From assembly GCA_050246755.1 (NCBI GenBank), contig JBFWVL010000001.1:1036611-1100610 (forward strand): a stretch of 64,000 nucleotides of DNA. Reading direction: 5' to 3'. The notes beneath the pieces are model-generated. The model saw nothing but the letters and a program-made list of their open reading frames with translations, had not been told where the DNA came from and made no database searches. This stretch comes from Bacteriovoracia bacterium. Its GTDB lineage: Bacteria > Bdellovibrionota > UBA1018 > CAIPTA01. A program made the position numbers and the translations under genes. Position 1 is the stretch's first letter; each line of letters opens with the position of its first letter. Positions 9,550-19,515 of this stretch are shown one piece after another.

Positions 9550-10566
9550 ATGCTCTTAGGTACTCAGACAACCGAGGTCTCTATGCAAGAAGCTGAATTC
9601 CAAGAAGCGGTTAAACAAAAAAGCAGTACCATCGCCGAAATCCTTAAAGAGTGCGAAAAGGTGGTGGTGGGCCAGCGGCCGATGATGGAAAAAATCATCA
9701 TGGCCTTCCTTTGCGACGGGCATATTTTGCTCGAAGGCTTGCCTGGACTCGCCAAAACCTTAGCCGTGAAAACTTTTTCTCACGTAATGGACCTGAATTT
9801 TAATCGAATACAGTTTACGCCCGATCTTTTACCCTCCGATCTGGTAGGAAGCATGGTTTACAACCAAAAGACCGGAGAGTTCGCGGCAAAACAAGGGCCT
9901 ATCTTTTCGAATATTGTGCTGGCCGATGAGATTAACCGGGCGCCCGCCAAGGTGCAGTCGGCCTTGCTGGAATCGATGGCCGAGCACCAAGTTACCCTCG
10001 GAGATCAAACCCACCAGCTTCCCGATCCCTTCATCGTGCTGGCCACCATGAATCCAATTGAGCAGGAAGGAACCTATCAATTACCGGAAGCGCAGCTGGA
10101 CCGCTTTCTCTTTAAAGTAAAAGTTCCCTACCCATCGCAGCAGGAAGAAAAACTCATTCTTGACCGCATGAGTAATATGGAACCGCCAAAAATCTCGAAG
10201 AAAGTTTTACCGCGGGCTTTGCAGGAAGCAAAATCCCTCTGCACCAGGGTTTACCTCGACGAAAAATTAAAGGACTATATTCTTAATATCGTTTTCACCT
10301 CGCGCTTTCCCGAGAAAAAGGGCCTTACCGACTTGAAATCTTTTATTCAAGTGGGAGCCTCCCCGCGCGCTACCATCGGCCTCGCCAAAGCGGCCAGGGC
10401 GGCGGCACTAATGGCGGGCAGAACCTTTGTGAGCCCCGACGATATTAAGGCCGTCTGCTACGATATCCTTCGCCATCGCCTAGTTCTTACCTACGAAGCG
10501 GAAGCGAACGACATCACGCCCGAGTCCGTAATTAGAAAGGTGCTCGATGTGGTGGAAGTTCCGTAA
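9550..10566 (+). CDS. moxR: MoxR-family AAA+ ATPase (first gene of the Bat-type operon)
   Basis: LLEGLPGLAKT Walker A, VLADEINRAP Walker B/sensor region. Confidence 0.9.
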   Translation: MLLGTQTTEVSMQEAEFQEAVKQKSSTIAEILKECEKVVVGQRPMMEKIIMAFLCDGHILLEGLPGLAKTLAVKTFSHVMDLNFNRIQFTPDLLPSDLVGSMVYNQKTGEFAAKQGPIFSNIVLADEINRAPAKVQSALLESMAEHQVTLGDQTHQLPDPFIVLATMNPIEQEGTYQLPEAQLDRFLFKVKVPYPSQQEEKLILDRMSNMEPPKISKKVLPRALQEAKSLCTRVYLDEKLKDYILNIVFTSRFPEKKGLTDLKSFIQVGASPRATIGLAKAARAAALMAGRTFVSPDDIKAVCYDILRHRLVLTYEAEANDITPESVIRKVLDVVEVP

Positions 10567-11509
10567 ACGGACTGACGAACAGTCAGAAGCATCTGCCATA
10601 GACGATACGGAGATCCGCGCGGCCGGCCGCGCGCCCCTGAGTACCGTGGCCAAACAAGTGAAGCACGTCGAGCTGGTGACCAAGAAGAAGAGCTCGGCCC
10701 TGCTCGCTGGCGATTATAAGTCCCGCTTTAAGGGGCAAGGAATGCAGTTTTCTGATTCTCGCCTCTATCAATATGGCGATGACATCCGGCATATCGACTG
10801 GCGCACCAGCGCGCGCATGCAAGGTACCTACGTAAAGACCTTCGAAGAGGAGCGCGAGCTCAATATTATCTTCGCGGTAGACGTAAGTGCCTCGAATGGT
10901 TTCGGCAGTACCGGTACCAGCAAGCGGGAAGCGATCGCAATCGCCCTTGCTTGTGTAGGATTTTCGGCTATCGCCAACAACGACCGAGTGGGCCTAGTAC
11001 TTTTCTCCGATCGCGTGGAGCGTTTCGTGCCTGCCCGAAAAGGCCGCAAACACATCCTGCGCTTGATCGACGAGCTCCTCACCTTCGAGCCCATTTCGCG
11101 TAAATCCCGGCTCGATGCCGCACTGAATTTTCTGATTTCCACGCTGAAGAACGGAAGCGTTCTCTTGCTCGCCAGCGATTTCTTCAGCGAGCTCGACAAG
11201 CGCAAGCTCGAGCTCCTTTCCCGCAAGCACGATTTCATTTGCCTGCGAGCTACCGATCCCAGAGATTTCGAGCTTCCGAACGTTGGCCTGCTACGAATCG
11301 AGGATCCCGAAACCGGCGAGTCGATGCTCTTGCCCACCCTTTCCGGCCGAGTCCGCAACGAATACTCGCAGTCGCAAAAGCGGTACTGCGAAGACGTGGC
11401 CCGAATGCTCCGCCGCACGGGCGCTTCCCTGCTCGATTTGCCTACCGATGCGGAGCCCGCAAAGCTTCTGCACCAATTCTTCCGCTCTCGTCGGGGGCCG
11501 CGTAAATGA
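10547..11509 (+). CDS. DUF58-family protein (MoxR partner, VWA-like)
   Basis: Position and order after MoxR; IIFAVDVSASNGF VWA-like MIDAS start. Confidence 0.75.
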   Translation: MWWKFRKRTDEQSEASAIDDTEIRAAGRAPLSTVAKQVKHVELVTKKKSSALLAGDYKSRFKGQGMQFSDSRLYQYGDDIRHIDWRTSARMQGTYVKTFEEERELNIIFAVDVSASNGFGSTGTSKREAIAIALACVGFSAIANNDRVGLVLFSDRVERFVPARKGRKHILRLIDELLTFEPISRKSRLDAALNFLISTLKNGSVLLLASDFFSELDKRKLELLSRKHDFICLRATDPRDFELPNVGLLRIEDPETGESMLLPTLSGRVRNEYSQSQKRYCEDVARMLRRTGASLLDLPTDAEPAKLLHQFFRSRRGPRK

Positions 11510-12381
11510 ATGGCGTAGTGGTACTTTCCGCCGAATCCTCCCAGAAGCCCCTTGAGGTGGGAAATCTCGTTACGCTCGAAATTGCGGTGGACGGAAAAGT
11601 AAACAGGGCCACCGAGGGATGGTCCATCGAACCCGCACCGGCGGGAGACTGGTTTCCTTCCGGCTCTTTTTTGCTTTCTGGAAATTCTCTCAAGGTGCTT
11701 TCCACCGATGGTGCCCTAACGAAAATTTCGATCGAGGCAATAGTGCGCTCGCCCGGGGAATTAAGAACCGCCCCCTTTAAGCTCAAACATACCGACGACC
11801 AGGTTACGGTGGAAGTAGCCGAATCTTTGGTGTCCAAGAATGGCGCCAAAGCAATCCAACTTTCGGAAACCGCACCGCCCTGGCTACTCCCCGCCGTCTC
11901 CTTGGGAGGGTGGAATATCTGGCTTATTTCCCTGCTGGGAGCGCTCACGCTGGTCGGCCTCGGCTTCCTCATCCGCTATATCTTGCAGCGTCTCGCCGAG
12001 CGGTCTATTGCGAAATGGAACCACCGCGACCGGGCACTGCGCGAGCTGCAAAATCTAGAGAAGTACGTGCGCGCCAAAAGCAATGAACAAGATCACTGGA
12101 AAAAGTTTTCCTTTGATCTGGCGGGTATTTTACGCAAGTATTCCGACGAAAACTTCCACATGGATTCTCGCGATATGACTGATCGTGAGTTTATCGCCGA
12201 GCTGCGCTTTCATCCCAAAGGGAAAGCGCAGACGGACCTCATTGCGCATATCCTTTCCACCATCACCGAAGTCCGTTACGGCACAAAGACCCTAGAAAGC
12301 CAAATGATGCCGAGCTTGCTTCTCGAGGGGAAAAAATACGTGGAGGGAACTTATACCCCCAAAGAAGAGGCGAAAAAATGA
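11506..12381 (+). CDS. Bat-operon membrane protein (DUF4381-like), hypothetical
   Basis: Single TM WNIWLISLLGALTLVGLGFLIRYIL; operon context. Confidence 0.55.
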   Translation: MNGVVVLSAESSQKPLEVGNLVTLEIAVDGKVNRATEGWSIEPAPAGDWFPSGSFLLSGNSLKVLSTDGALTKISIEAIVRSPGELRTAPFKLKHTDDQVTVEVAESLVSKNGAKAIQLSETAPPWLLPAVSLGGWNIWLISLLGALTLVGLGFLIRYILQRLAERSIAKWNHRDRALRELQNLEKYVRAKSNEQDHWKKFSFDLAGILRKYSDENFHMDSRDMTDREFIAELRFHPKGKAQTDLIAHILSTITEVRYGTKTLESQMMPSLLLEGKKYVEGTYTPKEEAKK

Positions 12382-13382
12382 CCTTTCGCTACCTCTACGC
12401 CCTGCTTCTCATCTTCCCGATTGCGCTGCTGCTCTTCGTGGCCCTGCGCCATCCCGCTTCGCGCGCGGTCCTGCAGTTCCCCACCGCACACCGCCGGTTG
12501 AAGCTTGCGCTTGGGCAGCTGCTGCTTCCCATCTGGTTTCCTTTCTTTCTGCGCCTTTTGGGCATTCTCTTCCTGCTAATCGCGCTTGCGCGGCCCCAGA
12601 CCTCCACCTCGCACCAAAGGCGCATATCCGAGGGAATCGACGTAATGGTGGCCCTCGACGTGTCGCAGAGCATGACCATTGAAGACGTAGGTGAGGACGA
12701 TAAGAATCGTCTCGACCTCGCCAAAGAAACCGTGAAGAAGTTTATCGCCGGCCGGAAAGACGATCGAATCGGTTTTTTGGTATTTTCCGGAGAGGCAATC
12801 ACTCTTTGCCCTCCTACCCTAGACTACGACTATCTTCTTTCTTCGGTGGCCCAAGCCGACGTGAACCAGTTAAAGGACGGCACCGCGATCGGGGATGCAA
12901 TGGCCACCTCCGTGAACCGCCTCAAAGACAGCGCGGCGAAGTCGCGCGTGGTCATTCTGATCACCGATGGCGACAATAATATGGGCTCAATCGCGCCACT
13001 CACTGCGGGCGAGATCGCCGTTGGGTACGGAATTAAAATCTATGCCATTGCCCTCGGTAAAGAAGGTCTCGTCAGCTATCCCGACTACGTGACCTTCTTC
13101 GGCGTAACCAAGAAAATTCATCGCCAGACCAATAGCACCATTAACCCCACCCTGCTTATGAAGATCGCCGAGGAAACGGGGGGGAAGTTTTTCCGTGCCG
13201 ACGACAGCGACTCCATGCAACGCGTGTTCGACGAGATCAATAAGCTGGAGCGTAATCAGGTGGAAACGAAGGATCGCGTGATCTGGGAAGAACATTTTCA
13301 GAAATTTCTCGTGATTGCGTTCGCCCTTCTGCTTTTAGATCTCCTTATTAGGGCCACGATTTTTCGGATCTTGCCGGAGTAA
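12378..13382 (+). CDS. batA: BatA-like VWA-domain membrane protein
   Basis: Two N-terminal TM helices then the VWA domain IDVMVALDVSQSM. Confidence 0.85.
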   Translation: MTFRYLYALLLIFPIALLLFVALRHPASRAVLQFPTAHRRLKLALGQLLLPIWFPFFLRLLGILFLLIALARPQTSTSHQRRISEGIDVMVALDVSQSMTIEDVGEDDKNRLDLAKETVKKFIAGRKDDRIGFLVFSGEAITLCPPTLDYDYLLSSVAQADVNQLKDGTAIGDAMATSVNRLKDSAAKSRVVILITDGDNNMGSIAPLTAGEIAVGYGIKIYAIALGKEGLVSYPDYVTFFGVTKKIHRQTNSTINPTLLMKIAEETGGKFFRADDSDSMQRVFDEINKLERNQVETKDRVIWEEHFQKFLVIAFALLLLDLLIRATIFRILPE

Positions 13383-15370
13383 TGATGGACGATTTTCGTT
13401 TCGCCAATCCGAAGTACCTCTTGCTCCTCTTGGGGCTCGCGGTAGTTTATCTACTGCTCCAACGCCTGCGCAGCGCGGGCCGACAACGCTTGCTGCGTTT
13501 CGTGGCGGAAGAAAATTTGAAACACCTGTTGGTATCTACCGGCTCTATTCGCGAAAGCGGCAAGCGCTTCGCGTTATGGCTTGGGCTGGCCTTCATGGTG
13601 CTGGCCTTAGCGCGGCCGCAGGCCAACCCCACTATGGAAGACGTGGAGGGAATGAGCTTAGATATTTACGTGCTGCTGGACGTTTCGCGCAGCATGGACG
13701 CCGAAGATATCGCTCCCAGCCGCCTAAGAAAAGCGAAGCGATCAGTGCAGCACTTAATGGAGCTGCTCTCGGGCGACAGACTCGGCGTTATCGGCTTCGC
13801 CGGTTCTTCGGCTCTCCTGGTTCCACTCACCTCCGACTATGAAATCGTGCGTAGCGTTCTGCAGAACGTGGACACTTCGGTCATTCCCACGCAAGGGACC
13901 GATATTGGCGGTGCCTTGGAACTAGCCAAGAGTGCGATGGAACGTGGAGCACAGGTAGTGGGTACCAATGGAGGAGCCAGGACGAATATCTTCCTTATTC
14001 TTAGCGATGGCGAAGACCACGGTGAGAAGAATCTAGCGGTGGCCGATTCTATCCGCAACGAGGGCGGTATCATTTTTAGCATCGCTTACGGAACGGAAAA
14101 AGGGGTTCCTATTCCGGTTCGTAATGATCGCGGTGAACTGATGGGATACAAGCGTGACGGAAAGGGCAATACCGTAATTTCTACGGTTCAACCCAAGGCA
14201 CTAAGCGAAGTCGCGCAGCGGGGAGGCGGCCAGTTTTACCACTCCACCCTGGAAGAACAGGAAATTGAAGACATTCTGGCACGCGTGCAAACCGCGCAGC
14301 GTTCCGGCGCCATCACCACCAAGGCCCGGATCTACGAAGAGCTATACGGCTATTTGCTGCTGATTTCCCTGGCCTGCCTGCTTTATTCTTTTGTTTCCGT
14401 CCGCTCCCTTTGGCAAAAAAGCGGGGCGCGCTGGAGCCGGCTCGCCTTACTGCCCCTTCTCCTTCTACCCACCCACGCAAACGCCAATCCGCTCTCTTTT
14501 CTTTGGAATAAAGAAAAACGTATAGGGGTGCAAAGCCAAGAGCTGAGCCAAGAAGGCAAGCCGGAGGCAGCGGCCGATCAATTAAAGGTGCTCCAGGCAG
14601 AAAACCCTGACTCTTCCGCCGTGAACTATAATCTCGGAACCTATTTGCTCGAGGCTAAAAAACTCGAGGAAGGAAGAGAGCAGCTTGGGCGCGTGGCAAA
14701 AGACAAAAACTATTTTCAAGCGGAAGCGCTCTATAACTTGGCCGGTTCCTATATGCTGGAGAAAAAAAGGCCTCAAGCCATCGCCAGTTATGCCGACTTG
14801 ATCCGCCGCCTCGAACAGAAAAAACCGTTAATCGAAAAAGAGAAAGAAATTCTAAAAAAAGCGCGCGAAAGTTTTGCGCACCTCTCCCAAGAGGAACAAA
14901 AAAATCCTCAGCAACAACAGGGCCAGGACCAACAGAAACAGCAAGGGCAAGACGGAAACCAGGACAAAAAAGATCAGCAGCAGCAGCAACAAGGCAAGGG
15001 CGGAGAAGGCGATAAAAAGGAAGATTCCAAGGGCGATGGAAAAGAGAAAAAAGACGAAAAGAAAGACGGAGAAGACAAGAAACAGGAAAAAGAAAATAAG
15101 CCCGGCGAAGGCAAAGACGAGAAAAAAGACGAATCGCAGAAAAACGAGCCCTCGTCCCAGGACGGCCAGCAAGGAAAAGATAAACAGCAAAATATACCGC
15201 CGCGGCGTGGTGGAACACCCTTTCGCGAGCGCGACAATATAAGCGAATCCGACGCGAAACGCATTTTAGAATCCCTCAAGCAGCAAGAGGGAGAACTGCA
15301 AAAGAAATTCTTAAAAAAGAACGGTAAGAATAGTAAGGTTGTCGACGATGGTAGCGGCCAAGACTGGTAA
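13382..15370 (+). CDS. batB: BatB/BatC fusion: VWA domain + TPR-like region + long K/E/Q/D-rich low-complexity tail
   Basis: IYVLLDVSRSMDAEDI VWA; TPR-like ...ALYNLAGSYMLEKKRPQAIASYADL...; tail QQQQGQDQQKQQGQDGNQDKKDQQQQQQGKGGEGDKKEDSK... Confidence 0.85.
   Translation: MMDDFRFANPKYLLLLLGLAVVYLLLQRLRSAGRQRLLRFVAEENLKHLLVSTGSIRESGKRFALWLGLAFMVLALARPQANPTMEDVEGMSLDIYVLLDVSRSMDAEDIAPSRLRKAKRSVQHLMELLSGDRLGVIGFAGSSALLVPLTSDYEIVRSVLQNVDTSVIPTQGTDIGGALELAKSAMERGAQVVGTNGGARTNIFLILSDGEDHGEKNLAVADSIRNEGGIIFSIAYGTEKGVPIPVRNDRGELMGYKRDGKGNTVISTVQPKALSEVAQRGGGQFYHSTLEEQEIEDILARVQTAQRSGAITTKARIYEELYGYLLLISLACLLYSFVSVRSLWQKSGARWSRLALLPLLLLPTHANANPLSFLWNKEKRIGVQSQELSQEGKPEAAADQLKVLQAENPDSSAVNYNLGTYLLEAKKLEEGREQLGRVAKDKNYFQAEALYNLAGSYMLEKKRPQAIASYADLIRRLEQKKPLIEKEKEILKKARESFAHLSQEEQKNPQQQQGQDQQKQQGQDGNQDKKDQQQQQQGKGGEGDKKEDSKGDGKEKKDEKKDGEDKKQEKENKPGEGKDEKKDESQKNEPSSQDGQQGKDKQQNIPPRRGGTPFRERDNISESDAKRILESLKQQEGELQKKFLKKNGKNSKVVDDGSGQDW
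14880..15220 (+). repeat. Low-complexity coding repeat (CAG/CAA/AAA/GAA-rich) encoding the charged tail of BatB/C
   Basis: cagcagcagcagcaacaaggcaagggc...; generates multiple spurious ORFs in other frames. Confidence 0.7.
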
Positions 15371-17297
15371 AATTTTTAGCCTTGGGCTTGCGGCAACTGC
15401 CGCTGCCATAATTTTTCCGGCAATGGCTTTTGCCCAGGCCAAACTCGTGGCGGTGGTTACGCCCAACCCGGTCTCGGAAGCCGAAAGCATTCAGCTTCGC
15501 CTCGAGGTTTCTAATCCCGATGGACCCGTGTTTCAGCCGACCTTTGAAGCGCCTGACTTCACCATGATGGGAGCGAGTTCCGCGGGAACGAGCGGACGCG
15601 TGGAAATGCAGAACGGCCGCCAAGTATTAGTTCGCAACTTCCAGTTCTCCTTCGTGCTCATGCCAAAAAAAGCCGGAGTGGCAACCATTCAGAACATTCA
15701 GGTTCGCGCTGGATCCGACACGCTCAAATCGGAAGACATTCGCGTTAAGGTACTGCCCGATACGGGCTCCGGGCGCAGCAACCGAGGAGGAAATCCAGCG
15801 GCCCCCAATATTTTTCCTCAGCTTCTGCTGGACGATGAAGACGAAGATCCGAACCCCGCGGCCCCTCCCTCCAGCGGCTCTGGAGCGGGCGCGATAACGG
15901 GAAAGGTGGCCAATGGCCTGCCTAAGTTCAATAGCGACTTCACCGTGGTGGCCCTGGTGAATAAGCAAAAAGTATACGTGGGCGAGCCCGTGGTGGCGGA
16001 ATACTATATCTACGATTTTGGCGGCGTTCGTTCTTGTTGCGAAATTCAAAAATGGCCCACTTTCACCGGATTCGTGAAAGACGATCTGGAAATTGCCAGC
16101 CGCTTTGAGTTCGAAGACGTCTACGTCGGAAATCAATTGATGCGCCGGGCATTCATTGGCCGATTTGCGCTGTATTCCCTGAAACCGGGAAAGTTCTCGC
16201 TCGATAAAATGCAGGTAAAAGCCAAATATTTAGGCGATGACAGCATGGGGTCCAATATCTTCCAGGTATTCGATCTCCGCTCCGGCATGCATGCGAGCCA
16301 AGATGTGATGCTCGAAGTAGCGCCTCTTCCCGAAACCGGCCGGCCGGCAAATTTCGGCGGGGCCGTTGGTCAGTTTTCGGTAAAGCTCACCGCCGACAAG
16401 CAAACTCTTCCGCAAAATACCCCTCTAACTTTGAATCTAACATTTCAAGGGAATGGAAATTTTCAGGCCATCGATGCGATAAAGCTCCCCCTTCCACCCG
16501 ACTTCGAACTCTACGAAAGCAATACCAACACCCGCGGCTCAGCGCCCATCGGCGTGCGGCGCGAATTAGAATCTCAAAAGAATTTTCAGACAGTAGCGAT
16601 TCCCCGCAAAGCTGGAAAATTTGAAATTCCGGCCATTAGCTGGTCTTATTTCAATCCCAAAAAATCGGCTTACGAAACCATTACTACTCAGCCTATTTCT
16701 TTAGAGGTGACAGAGAACGCAAACAATAACGTGAATCAGAATTCCTACGTTACCCCCTCCACGCCCGGCGGCTCTTCCCCGAATACCGAAAATGAATTTC
16801 GCCTACTGAAAAAAGTAACTCTCGGCGCAAAGGAAAATGGCGGTAAAATTCTTTCTTTCACTTTACTTGGTTTGATCTTGGCCAATATTGGGCTAGCCGC
16901 CCGCCTAATTCGCAATAAGCTAGCCCTTTTCGACCGGCTGTATCGAAATATTGATCCGTTCGCAGCGGTACGAAGCGATTTGTCGGCGGCCCGCCGTGCC
17001 CCCGGATCCAATTGGCAAACGAACCTCGAGGACGCTCTCTACGGAATACAAAACGTACTTTTGGGCATGAACACACGCGGACTCACGCGCTATGAGCTAG
17101 AGGAAGCTTGGCAAAGCAGAAATTTACCGATGCCGCTTTACCAGCGCATTCAAACCATTCTGCAAGAATTAGATAAATCCCGCTTCAGCTCCACAAAGCA
17201 AGCTTCGTTCAATCCTGCCGGCTTCCGCGATAAATCTCAGAACGAGGCGGAAGCGATATTGAAAGAAGCCGGCCGCAAGGCACGAAAGCCGAAATAG
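15339..17297 (+). CDS. batD: BatD-like protein (signal peptide; oxygen-tolerance operon component)
   Basis: Position after BatB; N-terminal signal FSLGLAATAAAIIFPAMAFA; the true start is probably a few codons in (MVAAK...). Confidence 0.65.
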   Translation: MSTMVAAKTGKIFSLGLAATAAAIIFPAMAFAQAKLVAVVTPNPVSEAESIQLRLEVSNPDGPVFQPTFEAPDFTMMGASSAGTSGRVEMQNGRQVLVRNFQFSFVLMPKKAGVATIQNIQVRAGSDTLKSEDIRVKVLPDTGSGRSNRGGNPAAPNIFPQLLLDDEDEDPNPAAPPSSGSGAGAITGKVANGLPKFNSDFTVVALVNKQKVYVGEPVVAEYYIYDFGGVRSCCEIQKWPTFTGFVKDDLEIASRFEFEDVYVGNQLMRRAFIGRFALYSLKPGKFSLDKMQVKAKYLGDDSMGSNIFQVFDLRSGMHASQDVMLEVAPLPETGRPANFGGAVGQFSVKLTADKQTLPQNTPLTLNLTFQGNGNFQAIDAIKLPLPPDFELYESNTNTRGSAPIGVRRELESQKNFQTVAIPRKAGKFEIPAISWSYFNPKKSAYETITTQPISLEVTENANNNVNQNSYVTPSTPGGSSPNTENEFRLLKKVTLGAKENGGKILSFTLLGLILANIGLAARLIRNKLALFDRLYRNIDPFAAVRSDLSAARRAPGSNWQTNLEDALYGIQNVLLGMNTRGLTRYELEEAWQSRNLPMPLYQRIQTILQELDKSRFSSTKQASFNPAGFRDKSQNEAEAILKEAGRKARKPK

Positions 17298-18422
17298 TTA
17301 TTTCTTATAGAAGTGGGTAATCTGTTCCACTACCCGCTGCGTATGGGCAAGAGGCATTTCAGGATAGATCGGCAGCGATAGCACTTCTTTTTCTAGGGCC
17401 TCGCATACTGGCAAGGAGCAAGGTCCCTTCAAAAAGAACTGAAATGCCTGCTGGCGATGCATTGCGAGTGGATAATAAATTTCTGCCCCCACGCCCTGTT
17501 CGCCCAAAAATGTCTTAAGCTCATCGCGGCGCTGAGCCCGGATCGTAAATTGATTCCACACATGCTTACGATTCGGCCCCATCACCGGCAAGCGTACCGC
17601 TTCCAGCCGCGCGGCCTGAAAGAGCTGCGTATAGGAGGAAGCGATCGCCTCGCGCTTTCTTTCGTATTCCGCGAGGTGGCGCAATTTAATTCTCAATACT
17701 GCCGCCTGAATGGAATCAAGACGGGAATTCACGCCCACCAATTCGTGATAATAGCGCTGCTTCGACCCATGCACGCGAACCATGCGAACCTTTTGGGCAT
17801 CGGTCTCCGTTAAGGCAGAAACGAGACCGGCATCGCCGATCGCACCAAGATTTTTGGTGGGATAAAAGCTAAACGCGCCATAGTCTCCCCAGGCGCCACA
17901 TTGCTTTCCTTTAAAAGACGCGCCAATACTCTGCGCACAGTCTTCGATCACAGTAATTTTCCGCCCGGATTTTTTTATTACGGTGGTGAGCGCCTCCATG
18001 TCCACCATTTGCCCGAAGAGGTGAACCGGGATGACAGCCTTGGTGCGAGGTGTGATTTTTTTTGCGAGATCTTCGAGCGAAATATTGTAGGTATCGTCAC
18101 TATCCACGAACACGGGCGTGGCACCAAGTCGCGCCACGGCGCCGGCGGTTGCGTAGAACGTAAATGATGGAACGAGCACTTCATCGCCCGGGCCGATATT
18201 TTCGCACATGAGAGGAAGCAAGAGAGCGTCGGAGCCGGAAGCGCAGGCAATTGCCCGAGGAATGCCGGTATAGGCCGCAATTTCATCTTCGAGTGCTTTT
18301 ACTTCGGGGCCAAGGATAAAAGCGGAGCTATCCAGCAGCTGGCTAAGGGCATTTAGAATTTCCTCCTTCAACGGCTTATTTTGTGCGCCTACATCGAGCA
18401 GGGGAACCTTAGACGTGCTCAT
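17298..18422 (-). CDS. DegT/DnrJ/EryC1-family PLP sugar aminotransferase
   Basis: SFYPTKNLGAIGDAGLV active-site Lys region; 374 aa. Confidence 0.85.
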   Translation of the reverse strand: MSTSKVPLLDVGAQNKPLKEEILNALSQLLDSSAFILGPEVKALEDEIAAYTGIPRAIACASGSDALLLPLMCENIGPGDEVLVPSFTFYATAGAVARLGATPVFVDSDDTYNISLEDLAKKITPRTKAVIPVHLFGQMVDMEALTTVIKKSGRKITVIEDCAQSIGASFKGKQCGAWGDYGAFSFYPTKNLGAIGDAGLVSALTETDAQKVRMVRVHGSKQRYYHELVGVNSRLDSIQAAVLRIKLRHLAEYERKREAIASSYTQLFQAARLEAVRLPVMGPNRKHVWNQFTIRAQRRDELKTFLGEQGVGAEIYYPLAMHRQQAFQFFLKGPCSLPVCEALEKEVLSLPIYPEMPLAHTQRVVEQITHFYKK

Positions 18423-18426
18423 GGCA

Positions 18427-19509
18427 TTATCCTCGTAAAAAATTTTGGTAGCTTTGAATCTGTTTCTTCGTAAGGGCCGCAGCAGAAGCCGGATCTTTCA
18501 AGAAATCTCGGTACCATTCGGTGGTCCAAGCGGCGGTGGTAGAAAAATCCAGGAAAGGCTTCCAACGCAGAACTTTGGTGGCCTTTTCGCAGTTGAGGCG
18601 CAGCATGCGCATTTCTTTTTTCTGCCCAGCATCTTTCGCCGCCTCAATCTTATGGCTGGCGCCACTCCACTGCTTCTCGAGAGCGCTCACTAGCACCCCT
18701 GCCGGCTGCTCCAGCTCTTCATTTGGCCCAAAGTTAAAGGCTTCTCCATGCACGCCAGCAGGATTTTCCAGCAGCCGCTGACCGAGTAGTAAATATCCAC
18801 CAAGCGGCTCCAGCACGTGCTGCCAGGGGCGCACGTAAGTAGGATTACGCAAAACTACGCTTTGCTTTTTTTCCCACGCACGAATGCAGTCGGGGACTAA
18901 ACGATCCGCAGCCCAGTCTCCGCCGCCAATCACGTTGCCGGCCCGAGCGGTACAGGCGCGAATGCCGCCTTCCACAGTAAAAAAAGAGCGGATATAAGAA
19001 GAGGAAACGATTTCCGCGGCCGCCTTCGAGGCCGAGTAAGGATCATGTCCGCCGAGGTGATCGGATTCGCGGTAACCCTCATCTTGCTCTTTATTTTCAT
19101 AAACCTTATCGGTGGTAATCACAACCACCGCGCGCACGCTGGGAGTCCTGCGCGCGGCCTCCAGCACGTGAGCCGTGCCCATTACGTTCTCAGCAAAAGT
19201 TTCAATCGGTTGCTCATAAGAGGCACGCACCAATGGCTGCGCCGCTAAATGAAACACAATTTCTGGCTTCGTTTCGCTCATCGCCTTAACTACGGCGGGG
19301 AGGTCGCGAATATCGCCGCGCAAATCACGCAGGCGCTTCGCCAAACCGATTGCTTCAAAATGCGACGGCTCGGTGGGGATCTCTTTTGAAAAACCAGTTA
19401 CTTCGGCACCCAACTGATGGAGCCATTCGCCAAGCCAAGAGCCCTTGAAGCCCGTATGACCAGTGAGAAAAATTTTTCGTTTAGAGTAAATATTTCCGAA
19501 GGCGCTCAC
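18427..19509 (-). CDS. rfbG: CDP-glucose 4,6-dehydratase
   Basis: Near-colinear with Salmonella RfbG: FLTGHTGFKGSWL, HLAAQPLVRASYEQPIETF, GGHDPYSASKAAAE. Confidence 0.85.
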   Translation of the reverse strand: MSAFGNIYSKRKIFLTGHTGFKGSWLGEWLHQLGAEVTGFSKEIPTEPSHFEAIGLAKRLRDLRGDIRDLPAVVKAMSETKPEIVFHLAAQPLVRASYEQPIETFAENVMGTAHVLEAARRTPSVRAVVVITTDKVYENKEQDEGYRESDHLGGHDPYSASKAAAEIVSSSYIRSFFTVEGGIRACTARAGNVIGGGDWAADRLVPDCIRAWEKKQSVVLRNPTYVRPWQHVLEPLGGYLLLGQRLLENPAGVHGEAFNFGPNEELEQPAGVLVSALEKQWSGASHKIEAAKDAGQKKEMRMLRLNCEKATKVLRWKPFLDFSTTAAWTTEWYRDFLKDPASAAALTKKQIQSYQNFLRG

Positions 19510-19515
19510 TTGGCC

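Noticed and set aside
10583-11555. Multiple antisense and alternative-frame ORFs within the DUF58 gene
   Set aside because: They overlap a coherent VWA-like CDS and have Arg/Ser-rich low-complexity translations with no independent support.
14655-15279. Several long ORFs on both strands (14655-15218 -, 14852-15190 -, 14874-15242 +, 14974-15279 -) inside the BatB/C tail region
   Set aside because: They are by-products of the CAG/AAA/GAA low-complexity repeat, which is open in many frames. Their translations are poly-F/L/S or poly-K/R nonsense, and they lie wholly inside a well-supported CDS.
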